From: Geopsychrobacteraceae bacterium
GTDB lineage: Bacteria > Desulfobacterota > Desulfuromonadia > Desulfuromonadales > Geopsychrobacteraceae
Direction of reading: 5' to 3'
DNA length: 64,000 bases
Assembly (NCBI GenBank): GCA_963662315.1
Contig: OY759353.1
Location: 3,584,001 to 3,648,000, forward strand
Under the pieces are notes generated by a model. It saw nothing but the letters and a program-made list of their open reading frames with translations, was not told where the DNA came from and searched no databases. Below are positions 47,653-56,847 of the stretch, piece by piece. The position numbers and the translations under genes are program-made. Every line of letters begins with the position of its first letter. Position 1 is the stretch's first letter.

Positions 47653-49320
47653 ATGGCAGGCGGATTGATGGCAGCCCTCACCTCCGGGCGCACAGCACTG
47701 CAGACCAATCAGAAAGCAATCGAGATAACCGGTCTTAATGTCGCTAACGTCAATACCGAAGGGTATTCACGGCAAACGGCCAACCTGACCCCTTATCCTG
47801 CATTGAATTTCGGGGATTTCTTTATCGGGACCGGAGTGACGGTCGGTTCCATAGAGCGCTCTCACGATATCTTTCTTGCTGGTCAGATAAACGATAAAGC
47901 CGCAGATGTCGGTCTTGAAAGCAGTATGGCCAATCCCCTTGCTGAGCTTGAACGGGTTTTCAATATCAGTGACGGCAGCCTGTCGGATGAGTTTGACCAG
48001 TTTTTTGACTCCTGGCGACAACTGTCAACCAATCCGGGCAGCGAAGTTGAGCGTCAGCTGGTGTTGCAGCGTGGTGATCTGATCGGCAAGGCTTTCGGCA
48101 ACATGTACCAAGAAACCCAAGGCGTTGTCAAAAATGTGAATACGACCATTCTGTCCAAAATTGACGGTGTTAACCTGGCGGTTGATGAAATCGCCAATCT
48201 CAATAACCGGATCTCCGCTCTTGAAGTTGCCGGGCAGGAGGCCAACTCGGATCGTGACCGCCGCGACATGTTGCTGAAGCAGTTGTCAGAAACCATTGGC
48301 GCGACCAATTTTGAAACCTCTGATGGATCCATTTCCGTTCAGCTTGCCAATGGAATGCCGCTGGTTGAGGGGACTGTCGCCAACCATATCATCGGAACTT
48401 ACGACGATACTGATATCAACCTTGAGCTTGAATATGGTTCGGCCAGTATGGCCCTTGATCGCAATTCTATGGGCGGTGAGTTTCGTGGCTTGTATGAAGT
48501 TCGCGATGTGACCATCCCTGATCTGCTTGGTCGTCTTGATCAGCTTGCCTATACCTTTGCCACGGAAGTGAACGCCATGCATCAGGCCGGGACCGATCTG
48601 AATGGTGCCGCCGGGCAGACATTCTTTACCGCTCCTGGGGAGCACCGCAGCCAGGGGTATGCAGATGCTGCGGCACTTGGTTTCGGGACGGGTACCCTTG
48701 AGCTGAATGTAAACGGTACGGTGAACTCAGTGGCTATCGGTGCCGGACAGAATTCGGTCAACGGTATTGCTGCAGCAATCAATGCCGCAGGGATCGGCGT
48801 GTCGGCCAGCGTCAACAGCGACGACAATTCACTGGTTATTACTCCCGATACGGCCGGGCAAAATGTCAAGATCGATAGCTCTGGACTGGCCGGAGGCAGT
48901 TATGCTGCGCCACGCTTCAGCTCTCCAGACATGGCCTCAGCCATGGCCATGAACATTACCTCCACCGCTCAAGTTGCCGCCGGTACAAGTGGCGCCCCAG
49001 GCGATAACACCAATGCTCTGGCTATTCTGCAGTTGGAACAGGATACGCAGGGCGATTTCGGTGGCAATGATACCTTTGTCTCCTATTACGGTAAAATCGT
49101 TTCAACTGTTGGGGTCGAGGCGGCCCGGAATCGCCAGGCGCAGCAGGGCTATGAAGACAGCCTGGTGCAGTTGGAGAACCTGCGTGACAGCATGGATGGG
49201 GTCTCTCTGGAAGACGAAATGATCAGTCTGTTGCAGTTTCAACGCAGTTTCGAAGCATCAGCAAAATTTCTGTCAACGGTTGATGAAATGATGTCGACCG
49301 TCATGACAATCAAGCGTTAG
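47653..49320 (+). CDS. flgK: Hook-associated protein FlgK
   Basis: NVANVNTEGYSRQ, DRRDML, GVSLEDEM..LLQFQRSFEASAK. Confidence 0.96.
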   Translation: MAGGLMAALTSGRTALQTNQKAIEITGLNVANVNTEGYSRQTANLTPYPALNFGDFFIGTGVTVGSIERSHDIFLAGQINDKAADVGLESSMANPLAELERVFNISDGSLSDEFDQFFDSWRQLSTNPGSEVERQLVLQRGDLIGKAFGNMYQETQGVVKNVNTTILSKIDGVNLAVDEIANLNNRISALEVAGQEANSDRDRRDMLLKQLSETIGATNFETSDGSISVQLANGMPLVEGTVANHIIGTYDDTDINLELEYGSASMALDRNSMGGEFRGLYEVRDVTIPDLLGRLDQLAYTFATEVNAMHQAGTDLNGAAGQTFFTAPGEHRSQGYADAAALGFGTGTLELNVNGTVNSVAIGAGQNSVNGIAAAINAAGIGVSASVNSDDNSLVITPDTAGQNVKIDSSGLAGGSYAAPRFSSPDMASAMAMNITSTAQVAAGTSGAPGDNTNALAILQLEQDTQGDFGGNDTFVSYYGKIVSTVGVEAARNRQAQQGYEDSLVQLENLRDSMDGVSLEDEMISLLQFQRSFEASAKFLSTVDEMMSTVMTIKR

Positions 49321-49331
49321 CGGGTGATATT

Positions 49332-50267
49332 ATGAGAGCAACTCAAATGACAACCTACCGCAGTCTGCAGTCATTCCTGGATAAAACCAGTGAAAAACTG
49401 CAGACCCTGCAGCTGCAGGCCGCAACCGGTTCACGCATTACCCGGGCATCCGATGACCCAACAGCCATCAGCCCGGTGCTCAGTGCCCGGACCCAGATCC
49501 AAACCACGGATCGCTATATCGAAACGATTCAGACCGGTCTTGACCGCATCGATAATATGGACGGCTATTTTGACTCCATTGAAAATACCATGGTGCGGCT
49601 GAAAGAAATATCCCTTGCATCGGTCAACGGCTCAATCAGCCAGGCGGATATGTCCACCTATGCCGATGAGGTTCGCCAGCTCAGGGATAGTCTGCTCGAT
49701 GATGCCAACGCGACAGTTGATGGAAAATACCTGTTTGCCGGGTTCAATGATAAGGCTCAGCCATTCACAGTGAACCCGAATTATCCGGCAACTGAAACCA
49801 ACCCGGTCAACTACAATGGCGACTTCGGGGACCTTGAATACGAAATTGCTCCCAACGAGCTGATTTCCGTCAACCTCTCGGGAAATAAGCTGATGCTGGG
49901 TGATTTTGACGACGATGGTGTCACGGATGCCGGTCAGGTTGATATTTTCGCATTGGCTGCCAGCCTTGAAGAAGCGCTGAATACGGGATCCGTTACCGAT
50001 ATTGAAAACCTTATCGATCCTCTCGAGGAAGGCGCCGATCAGATTCGTTCCCAGCGCAGTCTTAAAGGGAATGTCGGCAGTCGTCTGGAAACCGCTCTGT
50101 CACACATGGAGCAGGTCAAAGTCGACATGGAAGAATTTCGCTCCCGCTATGAGGATGCTGATATTCTTGAAACCATAACCAATCTGCAGCAACAGCAGCA
50201 GAGCTTGGAAGCTGCTCTTAGTGTCACCGGAAAAGTTTCAGAGTTGTCTATTCTCGACTATCTCTAA
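49332..50267 (+). CDS. flgL: Hook-associated protein FlgL
   Basis: TGSRITRASDDP, GKYLFAG, LSILDYL C-terminus. Confidence 0.95.
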   Translation: MRATQMTTYRSLQSFLDKTSEKLQTLQLQAATGSRITRASDDPTAISPVLSARTQIQTTDRYIETIQTGLDRIDNMDGYFDSIENTMVRLKEISLASVNGSISQADMSTYADEVRQLRDSLLDDANATVDGKYLFAGFNDKAQPFTVNPNYPATETNPVNYNGDFGDLEYEIAPNELISVNLSGNKLMLGDFDDDGVTDAGQVDIFALAASLEEALNTGSVTDIENLIDPLEEGADQIRSQRSLKGNVGSRLETALSHMEQVKVDMEEFRSRYEDADILETITNLQQQQQSLEAALSVTGKVSELSILDYL

Positions 50268-50280
50268 AAAGAAAAACCAC

Positions 50281-50322
50281 CCGGCCGTGGAGACGGTCGG
50301 CTACATAGCCAGGAGGCATATG
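50281..50322 (+). promoter_or_regulatory. Two GGA-loop hairpins in the csrA leader (candidate CsrA-binding sites)
   Basis: CCGGCCGT-GGAG-ACGGTCGG and CATAGCC-AGGA-GGCATATG; the second contains the SD. Confidence 0.65.
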
Positions 50323-50323
50323 C

Positions 50324-50563
50324 ATGTTAGTACTGACGCGAAAAGAAGGTGAAGGCATCATCATTGGCGATGATATCAAGATTACCATCGTTGAACTTAA
50401 AGGAGGTGGCGTGCGTGTCGGTATTGACGCTCCACGTGACCTGAAAGTTCACCGCCAGGAAGTATTTGAACGCATCAAACAAGAGAACAAGGAGGCCACG
50501 CAGTGGGATATTGCGGATCTCAACGAACTGAGCAGTATTTTGAACTCGGGGAGGAAAAAATGA
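50324..50563 (+). CDS. csrA: Carbon storage regulator CsrA
   Basis: MLVLTRKEGEGIIIGDDI...VRVGIDAP...VHRQEV, with the C-terminal extension typical of FliW-regulated CsrA. Confidence 0.97.
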   Translation: MLVLTRKEGEGIIIGDDIKITIVELKGGGVRVGIDAPRDLKVHRQEVFERIKQENKEATQWDIADLNELSSILNSGRKK

Positions 50564-50988
50564 TGAAAAAAATTCAATCCCGTTTTGGTGAGATCGAATA
50601 TGATCCGAGCAATGTCCTGATATTCCCCGATGGTCTCATCGGTTTTGAAGACCTGCATGATTACGTGGTCATGCCGAATGAGAAAGAAGGCCCGTTATTT
50701 TGGATTCAGAGCGTTGGCGATCCCGCCGTTGCCTTTGTGCTGACAAATCCGACTGATTTCTATTTTGACTATGTCGTTGCCCCGGATGAGCGTGAACGGG
50801 TTAAGCTTGGTATCGAGAAAGATGATGAATATTTTGTCCTCAGTGTTGTTACCGTATCTCCAGAGCGTAAAGTCACACTGAACCTAGCTGCTCCAATTCT
50901 TTTTTCACCTAAAACCAATAGAGCGTTGCAGGTCATTCTCGAAGGAACAAATTTCAACCCACGAACACCACTGCCTGAAGTTCATTAG
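50560..50988 (+). CDS. fliW: Flagellar assembly factor FliW
   Basis: SRFGEI...FPDGLIGFE...WIQS...TLNLAAPI; overlaps the csrA stop. Confidence 0.95.
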   Translation: MMKKIQSRFGEIEYDPSNVLIFPDGLIGFEDLHDYVVMPNEKEGPLFWIQSVGDPAVAFVLTNPTDFYFDYVVAPDERERVKLGIEKDDEYFVLSVVTVSPERKVTLNLAAPILFSPKTNRALQVILEGTNFNPRTPLPEVH

Positions 50989-51024
50989 GCCTTTTGGGTA
51001 CGAGGACTTTACGTTTATCTCATT

Positions 51025-51058
51025 AAAAGGAGAATGCTCATTAGAGTATTCTCCTTTT
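51025..51058 (+). terminator. Intrinsic (possibly bidirectional) terminator closing the flagellar cluster
   Basis: AAAAGGAGAATGCTC-ATTA-GAGTATTCTCCTTTT. Confidence 0.85.
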
Positions 51059-51139
51059 ATGTATTGGTTTCGAGTGAATGTCATGTATGATAGGTCCGTT
51101 AGACATATTTAGTTCTCGGTAGAGAAGGAGACGCGTGAC

Positions 51140-52144
51140 GTGCTGACAGGACGATCCATCTTAATTACAGGCGGAACAGGCTCTTTTGGGCAATGTTTTG
51201 TCCGGACTATTCTGCGCCGTTACCCGGAGGTAAAGCGGGTGGTGGTGTTTTCACGTGATGAGCTTAAACAATTTGAAATGGCACAGGAGTTATCTCCTCA
51301 GAAGTACCCGTGCTTGCGTTACTTTATTGGTGATGTGCGGGATCGTGACCGCCTGACAAAAGCCATGGAAGGTATTGATTATGTTGTTCATGCTGCGGCT
51401 CAAAAACAGGTTCCCGCCTGTGAATACAATCCTTTTGAGGCGGTAAAGACAAATATCCTCGGGGCTCAGAATGTCATCGATAGTGCCATCGCCTGCGGTG
51501 TTAAGCGTGTTGTTGCTCTAAGTACCGATAAGGCTGCATCACCGATCAATCTTTACGGGGCGACAAAATTATGCAGCGATAAGCTGTTTATTGCGGCCAA
51601 TAACTACCGTGGGCAACGGGATATCCGTTTTTCTGTTGTCCGTTACGGTAATGTTATGGGCAGCAGAGGCAGTGTTATCCCGTTCTTTTTGAAAAAAAAG
51701 CAACAGGGTGAGCTTCTGCCTATTACCGATAATGCAATGACCAGATTTAATATTACTCTTGATCAGGGAGTCGATATTGTCTTGTTTGCTTTTAAGAAAA
51801 TGCTCGGCGGTGAAATTTTTGTCCCCAAGATCCCGAGTTATCGCATTCTCGATCTTGCCGAAGCGATTGCTCCCGGGCAGGAACGACCTGTGGTTGGCAT
51901 CAGACCTGGTGAAAAGCTACATGAAGAAATGATTACTGAATCAGATGCACCAAATACGCTGGAACTTGAGAATTATTTTGTCATTTTACCCAACTGGGAC
52001 CTCACCATAAGGCAGAAAATTATTGAAGCTCTGGGTGGTGGCATGATGGTTGATCCGGGGTTCAGATATTGCAGTGGAACCAATACGGATTGGCTGACTG
52101 TTGAGCAGATCAGGGTGTTGCTAAAGGAGCATGGACTTCAGTGA
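51140..52144 (+). CDS. pseB: UDP-N-acetylglucosamine 4,6-dehydratase (inverting)
   Basis: ITGGTGSFG, FSRDELKQ, LSTDKA..PINLYGATK, VRYGNVMGSRGSV, GIRPGEKLHE. Confidence 0.93.
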   Translation: MLTGRSILITGGTGSFGQCFVRTILRRYPEVKRVVVFSRDELKQFEMAQELSPQKYPCLRYFIGDVRDRDRLTKAMEGIDYVVHAAAQKQVPACEYNPFEAVKTNILGAQNVIDSAIACGVKRVVALSTDKAASPINLYGATKLCSDKLFIAANNYRGQRDIRFSVVRYGNVMGSRGSVIPFFLKKKQQGELLPITDNAMTRFNITLDQGVDIVLFAFKKMLGGEIFVPKIPSYRILDLAEAIAPGQERPVVGIRPGEKLHEEMITESDAPNTLELENYFVILPNWDLTIRQKIIEALGGGMMVDPGFRYCSGTNTDWLTVEQIRVLLKEHGLQ

Positions 52145-53283
52145 CCTCTCCTCCGTTTTTGCCCTACGGCCGGCAGTCCATTGATCAGGAAGATATTGAT
52201 GCTGTTCTTGCGACATTAAATTCTGACTGGTTGACAACGGGTCCGGCAATCCCTCGTTTTGAAGATGCTCTCAAGCAATTTACCGGTAGTCGTCATGCTG
52301 TGGCTGTCTCAAGTGGAACTGCGGCTCTTCATGCCGCAATTTTTGCCGCAGGCATTGGTCCGGGCGATGAGGTCATTGTTCCACCTCTGACTTTTGCTGC
52401 AACTGCGAATGCGGTCATTTACCAGGGGGCTACCCCTGTTTTTGCCGACGTTGACAACCAGGGCTTGCTTCTTGATCCTCTCCAGGTTTTATCCCGGATA
52501 ACGGAGCGGACGCGCGCGGTCATCGCTGTTGATTACGCTGGCCAGCCTTGTGATTACAAAGCGTTACGTGCGGTTTGTGAGCGGCATAATCTCATATTGA
52601 TTGCTGATGCCTGTCACTCTTTGGGAGGTTCTTTTCGGGGGAGGGCGGTTGGACAACTGGCCGACCTGACCGCATTGAGTTTTCATCCGGTCAAACCGAT
52701 TACCTCTGCAGAGGGGGGGATGGTTCTGACCGACAACCCTGATTATGACGGGCGGATGCGTCTGTTTCGCAACCATGGCATTGATAGTGATCATCGCCAA
52801 CGTCAGGAAGCTGGGTCCTGGCAATATAGTATGATCGAACTGGGCTATAATTATCGTTTGAATGATTTACAGGCGGCCTTGGGAACCAGCCAGATGCGCC
52901 ATCTGCAGACGTGGATTTCGCGGCGACGGGAACTGGCAGGTCTTTATACTGAGCAACTAGCCCCCCTGCCGCAGGTTTGCTGTTTGCACCAGTTCGATGA
53001 TCGTCTCAGTGGTTGGCATCTTTTTGTTATCCGTATTGCCCAGGAGCATAGGGATGCGCTGTTTCGATTTCTCCGGCAGCGCAACATTGGTGTTAATGTT
53101 CATTACGATCTGGTCTATCATCATCCTTATTATCAGACCCAATACCCGCGATTGTCAGGAAGTTGCCCGGTTGCAGAGACCGCTTGTCGAGAGATACTGT
53201 CCCTGCCTCTGTTTCCGGCTATGGCAGAAGCGGACGTTAAGCGCGTCGTTTCGGCAATCACTGATTACTTTTCAGCGCGGTAA
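52141..53283 (+). CDS. pseC: UDP-4-keto-6-deoxy-HexNAc aminotransferase (DegT family)
   Basis: LPYGRQSI, DACHSLG, SFHPVKPITSAEGG, LGYNYRL; follows pseB. Confidence 0.9.
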   Translation: MTSPPFLPYGRQSIDQEDIDAVLATLNSDWLTTGPAIPRFEDALKQFTGSRHAVAVSSGTAALHAAIFAAGIGPGDEVIVPPLTFAATANAVIYQGATPVFADVDNQGLLLDPLQVLSRITERTRAVIAVDYAGQPCDYKALRAVCERHNLILIADACHSLGGSFRGRAVGQLADLTALSFHPVKPITSAEGGMVLTDNPDYDGRMRLFRNHGIDSDHRQRQEAGSWQYSMIELGYNYRLNDLQAALGTSQMRHLQTWISRRRELAGLYTEQLAPLPQVCCLHQFDDRLSGWHLFVIRIAQEHRDALFRFLRQRNIGVNVHYDLVYHHPYYQTQYPRLSGSCPVAETACREILSLPLFPAMAEADVKRVVSAITDYFSAR

Positions 53284-54149
53284 TGTTTATGAATGTTAAC
53301 TTTATTGCAGAGGTATCAAGTAATCATCATCGGGATCTACAGCGCTGTTTTGATTTTATTGATGCGGCTGCGGAGATTGGTTGTCAGGCCGTCAAGTTTC
53401 AGCTGTTTAAAATTGACCAGCTTTTTGCACCGGAAATTCTTTCACACAGCGCCGAGCATCGGCGTCGCTCTGCTTGGGAGTTGCCGGTTTCATTTTTGGC
53501 CCCCTTAGCTGAACGCTGCAGGCAGCGCCATGTGCAGTTCAGCTGTACCCCTTTTTACCTGGATGCCGTCGCTGAACTTGAGCCCTATGTTGATTTTTAC
53601 AAAATCGCATCTTACGAGCTGCTCTGGGATGATCTGATAGAGGCCTGTGGCAGAACCGGTAAACCCCTTGTGTTGTCAACCGGTATGGCCAGTTTAGCTG
53701 AGATCGATCATGCTGTTGCCATCTATCGCCAGTGTTCAAACGCACCATTGACCTTGTTGCATTGTGTCTCCGGTTACCCGGTGCCGATGCAAGAATGTAA
53801 TCTCGCGGTCATAGAGATGTTGCGCGACCGCTATAACTGTGCCGTCGGCTGGTCTGATCATAGTCATCGGCCTGAAGTGATTCATCGTGCAGTGCAGCAC
53901 TGGCAGGCCACAACGATTGAATTTCATCTTGACCTTGACGGCAAAGGGGACGAATTCCAGGCTGGGCATTGCTGGTTGCCTGGGCAGATGGCACAGGTTA
54001 TTGCCGGGCTTGGTGTTGCCGAGAGTGCCGATGGTGATGGCTTGAAAGTCGCTCAAAAATCAGAGGAGAATGATCGTCTGTGGCGGGCCGATCCTCTTGA
54101 TGGCCTGCGACCATTGCGGGAGCTGCGGCAGCAATGGCGTTCAAAATGA
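53283..54149 (+). CDS. Nonulosonic acid synthase (NeuB/PseI family), short form
   Basis: FIAEVSSNH, AVKFQ, KIASYE, LSTGMA, LHCVSGYP, GWSDH; no C-terminal SAF/antifreeze-like domain evident. Confidence 0.9.
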   Translation: MFMNVNFIAEVSSNHHRDLQRCFDFIDAAAEIGCQAVKFQLFKIDQLFAPEILSHSAEHRRRSAWELPVSFLAPLAERCRQRHVQFSCTPFYLDAVAELEPYVDFYKIASYELLWDDLIEACGRTGKPLVLSTGMASLAEIDHAVAIYRQCSNAPLTLLHCVSGYPVPMQECNLAVIEMLRDRYNCAVGWSDHSHRPEVIHRAVQHWQATTIEFHLDLDGKGDEFQAGHCWLPGQMAQVIAGLGVAESADGDGLKVAQKSEENDRLWRADPLDGLRPLRELRQQWRSK

Positions 54150-54193
54150 TGTTTTTTTCTAATTATTCAAGGACGTTGTGCCGATAGGATAAT

Positions 54194-55879
54194 ATGTTGA
54201 GGGAACGTACAGTCGCATTTGTTGTCGCGCGCTTAAGCTCTTCACGCCTGCCAGCCAAGCAGTTGCGAATGATTGGTGATCGTTGCCTGCTCGACTGGAC
54301 CGTGGGGGCGTTAAAAAGCTGCCAGGAAGTCGATGAAATCGTCATTACGACAGTGGCTGAGGATGAGAATAAGCCGTTGCGTGATTATGCCAGAGCGCAG
54401 GGTCTTTCCTGCTTCTGGTACGAAGGTGAAGTGGACGATGTCACAGGCCGTTTGCGTAAGGCTGCAGAACACTTTAAGGCGGATATCTGTATTCTTGTCA
54501 GCGCCGATTGTCCCTTGGTCTATGCGCCAGCTGTAGATTCTATGGTACAACAGTTCAAGAGTGATGAAAAAGCTGATTTTCTTGTCATCCCTGCCGTGAA
54601 CGAACAGGTCCCTGCGCTTGAAGGTATCGGTATCGCTCGTCTTAAAGGCTGGCAGGTTGCAGACAATCTTTCCCTGCGGCCGGAGCTCAGGGAACATCAA
54701 TTTCCGGTAATCTGGCAACAACAGGATAAATTTACTTTTTTAGAGGGGCGACTCTCTCCGGATTTATATTCTCGCCACCACCGCTTTTCTGTCGATACCC
54801 CTGCTGATCTTGAATTCATGAACCGGTTACATGACCTGTTGCAAACACAGCATCAGGAGTTTGATCTGCCCGGGGTCCTGCAACTCCTTTCTGAGCAACC
54901 TGATCTTTATGCAATTAACCAGCATGTTCATCAACGGCAGTTGGCGGAAACTGTCGGACAGGTTCTTATGGTTATCGATTCTGGAGCAGGGTTTGGATAT
55001 GGGCATCTGAACCGTTCTCTTGAGCTTGGACAGCGGATCATCGAACAGCTTGGTTGGCCGGTCACCTTTCTGGTGGATGATGGTTACGCTGCAGAGGTCC
55101 TTCACCTTCAGGGGTTACGTTTTATCTGGGGAGCTTTAGGGCGTTGTGCCAGGGCGGTTCCCGAGGAATACAGAAATTATCAGCGTCCGCTGGCGAATGA
55201 CTTTACTCTGGTCGTGCTTGATCTGTACCCGAGGCCGCTGCCTGACTTCTGGCAAGACTCTTTTCCCGGGGCCTGCCTGGTAGCTTTGGATAGCCTGGAG
55301 GACTGGACTTCAGAGACTGATCTGGTGGTTATTCCCGCTATCACTGGGCCTGAGGATGTTAATCATCAGAAGCCGGATATTTTACAGGGCCTGGAGTTTC
55401 TCATTATCAGGCGTGATATTCGTCAGGCGGGTTCTAGGCGGCTGGCGAAGGATATTGATGTGCTGATCTACGGGACGGATCTTCGGTACATCTCCAGAAT
55501 TGAGGATATGGCGCTCCAGCGTGACTGGAAAGTTGTTGTTGTTGATGGAACGGCGGATGATTTTCACCTGTTATTAGCGCGTTCAAGATTTTTCGTCGGC
55601 AATTTTGGCTATAGTTTTTACGAGGCTTTATTCCTGAAAACCGTTCCGGTTGCGTTGCCTATCTCTTTGCGGCACAAACAGGATGCCATCTTGTTTTATC
55701 AACGCATAGGGCTTCCTGATCTGGTTGTGTCTGATGAGTTTGATGCCATATGGGAGCTTGCTCAAAAGTGTGAAGGGCAGTTGCCACCAATCTCTGACGG
55801 AACGTCAACCATAGTGAATGTCCTGCAGAAGCATACTGATGATAAAATTCGCTACACGCCAGGATCTTCCAATGACTAA
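54194..55879 (+). CDS. Fused cytidylyltransferase (SpsF/PseF-like) and PseG-like UDP-sugar hydrolase
   Basis: N-half ARLSSSRLPAK...ADCP...SVDTPADL; C-half GFGYGHLNR (GxGHxxR). Confidence 0.78.
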   Translation: MLRERTVAFVVARLSSSRLPAKQLRMIGDRCLLDWTVGALKSCQEVDEIVITTVAEDENKPLRDYARAQGLSCFWYEGEVDDVTGRLRKAAEHFKADICILVSADCPLVYAPAVDSMVQQFKSDEKADFLVIPAVNEQVPALEGIGIARLKGWQVADNLSLRPELREHQFPVIWQQQDKFTFLEGRLSPDLYSRHHRFSVDTPADLEFMNRLHDLLQTQHQEFDLPGVLQLLSEQPDLYAINQHVHQRQLAETVGQVLMVIDSGAGFGYGHLNRSLELGQRIIEQLGWPVTFLVDDGYAAEVLHLQGLRFIWGALGRCARAVPEEYRNYQRPLANDFTLVVLDLYPRPLPDFWQDSFPGACLVALDSLEDWTSETDLVVIPAITGPEDVNHQKPDILQGLEFLIIRRDIRQAGSRRLAKDIDVLIYGTDLRYISRIEDMALQRDWKVVVVDGTADDFHLLLARSRFFVGNFGYSFYEALFLKTVPVALPISLRHKQDAILFYQRIGLPDLVVSDEFDAIWELAQKCEGQLPPISDGTSTIVNVLQKHTDDKIRYTPGSSND

Positions 55880-56843
55880 AGATATTTCTATTGTCCTGCC
55901 TATTTACAACGAATCGGGGAATATTGTTCCTTTACTCACCGAGATTTTTGAGGTGATGTCTAAACATTCCTGGAGCTACGAAGTCATTGCCGTGGATGAT
56001 GGCAGTCGCGATGATTCCGTAAAATTGTTGAAGAGTTTGCTGGCCGGGCCTCTCGAAATTGATCTGAAAATAATTGAGTTTACCAGGAACTTTGGACAGA
56101 CACCGGCATTGGCGTGTGGAATCCGCCACGCTTCCGGTCAGATCATCGTACCTATGGATGCTGACCGGCAAAATGACCCTGCTGATATTCCGCGTTTGAT
56201 TGAAATGCTGGAGCAGGGTTTTGATGTGGTTTCCGGATGGCGGCGTCAACGTCAAGACAAATGGGTTCGTCGACTTCCTTCCCGCGTTGCAAACGGCCTG
56301 ATCAATAAGTTGATTCGCAATACCGGAGTTGCGCTCCATGATTATGGTTGCACCCTGAAAGCTTATCGTCGCGATGTCCTCCAGAATATCAAGCTTTACG
56401 GTGATATGCATCGTTTTATCCCTGCTTTCGCAGGTTGGCGGGGAGCCAAAGTCGGGGAGCTTGAAGTCAACCATCGTGCCCGAACGATCGGCTCTTCAAA
56501 CTATGGAATGGCGCGCATCTGGAAGGTCCTGCTAGATCTTATCGCGGTCCGATTTTTTGTTGATTCCTTTACCAAGCCAATGCAGTTTTTCGGTAAGTAT
56601 ATCACCGTGTTGTTCGTCCTTATGTGGCTGGTTCTTGCCGCTCTGGCTGGACTGGATATTGCCGGAGGCGAAGCAATTACTCTGAACACCTATTTGCTGA
56701 CCATCGGTCTTTTTGGTTTGGCGATGCAGAATCTTCTGGTTACCGGATTGATCGGAGAAATTTTGATTCGCAATTATTTTGAAACCTCCGGCCGTGAGAC
56801 CTATGTGGTTAAAGGAGTTACGGCGAGGCGAGAGGATTGCTGA
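55872..56843 (+). CDS. GT2 polyprenol-phosphate glycosyltransferase (GtrB/ArnC-like)
   Basis: SIVLPIYNE, VDDGSRD, RNFGQ, MDADRQNDP, DVVSGWR; two C-terminal TM helices. Confidence 0.88.
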   Translation: MTKDISIVLPIYNESGNIVPLLTEIFEVMSKHSWSYEVIAVDDGSRDDSVKLLKSLLAGPLEIDLKIIEFTRNFGQTPALACGIRHASGQIIVPMDADRQNDPADIPRLIEMLEQGFDVVSGWRRQRQDKWVRRLPSRVANGLINKLIRNTGVALHDYGCTLKAYRRDVLQNIKLYGDMHRFIPAFAGWRGAKVGELEVNHRARTIGSSNYGMARIWKVLLDLIAVRFFVDSFTKPMQFFGKYITVLFVLMWLVLAALAGLDIAGGEAITLNTYLLTIGLFGLAMQNLLVTGLIGEILIRNYFETSGRETYVVKGVTARREDC

Positions 56844-56847
56844 CCGC

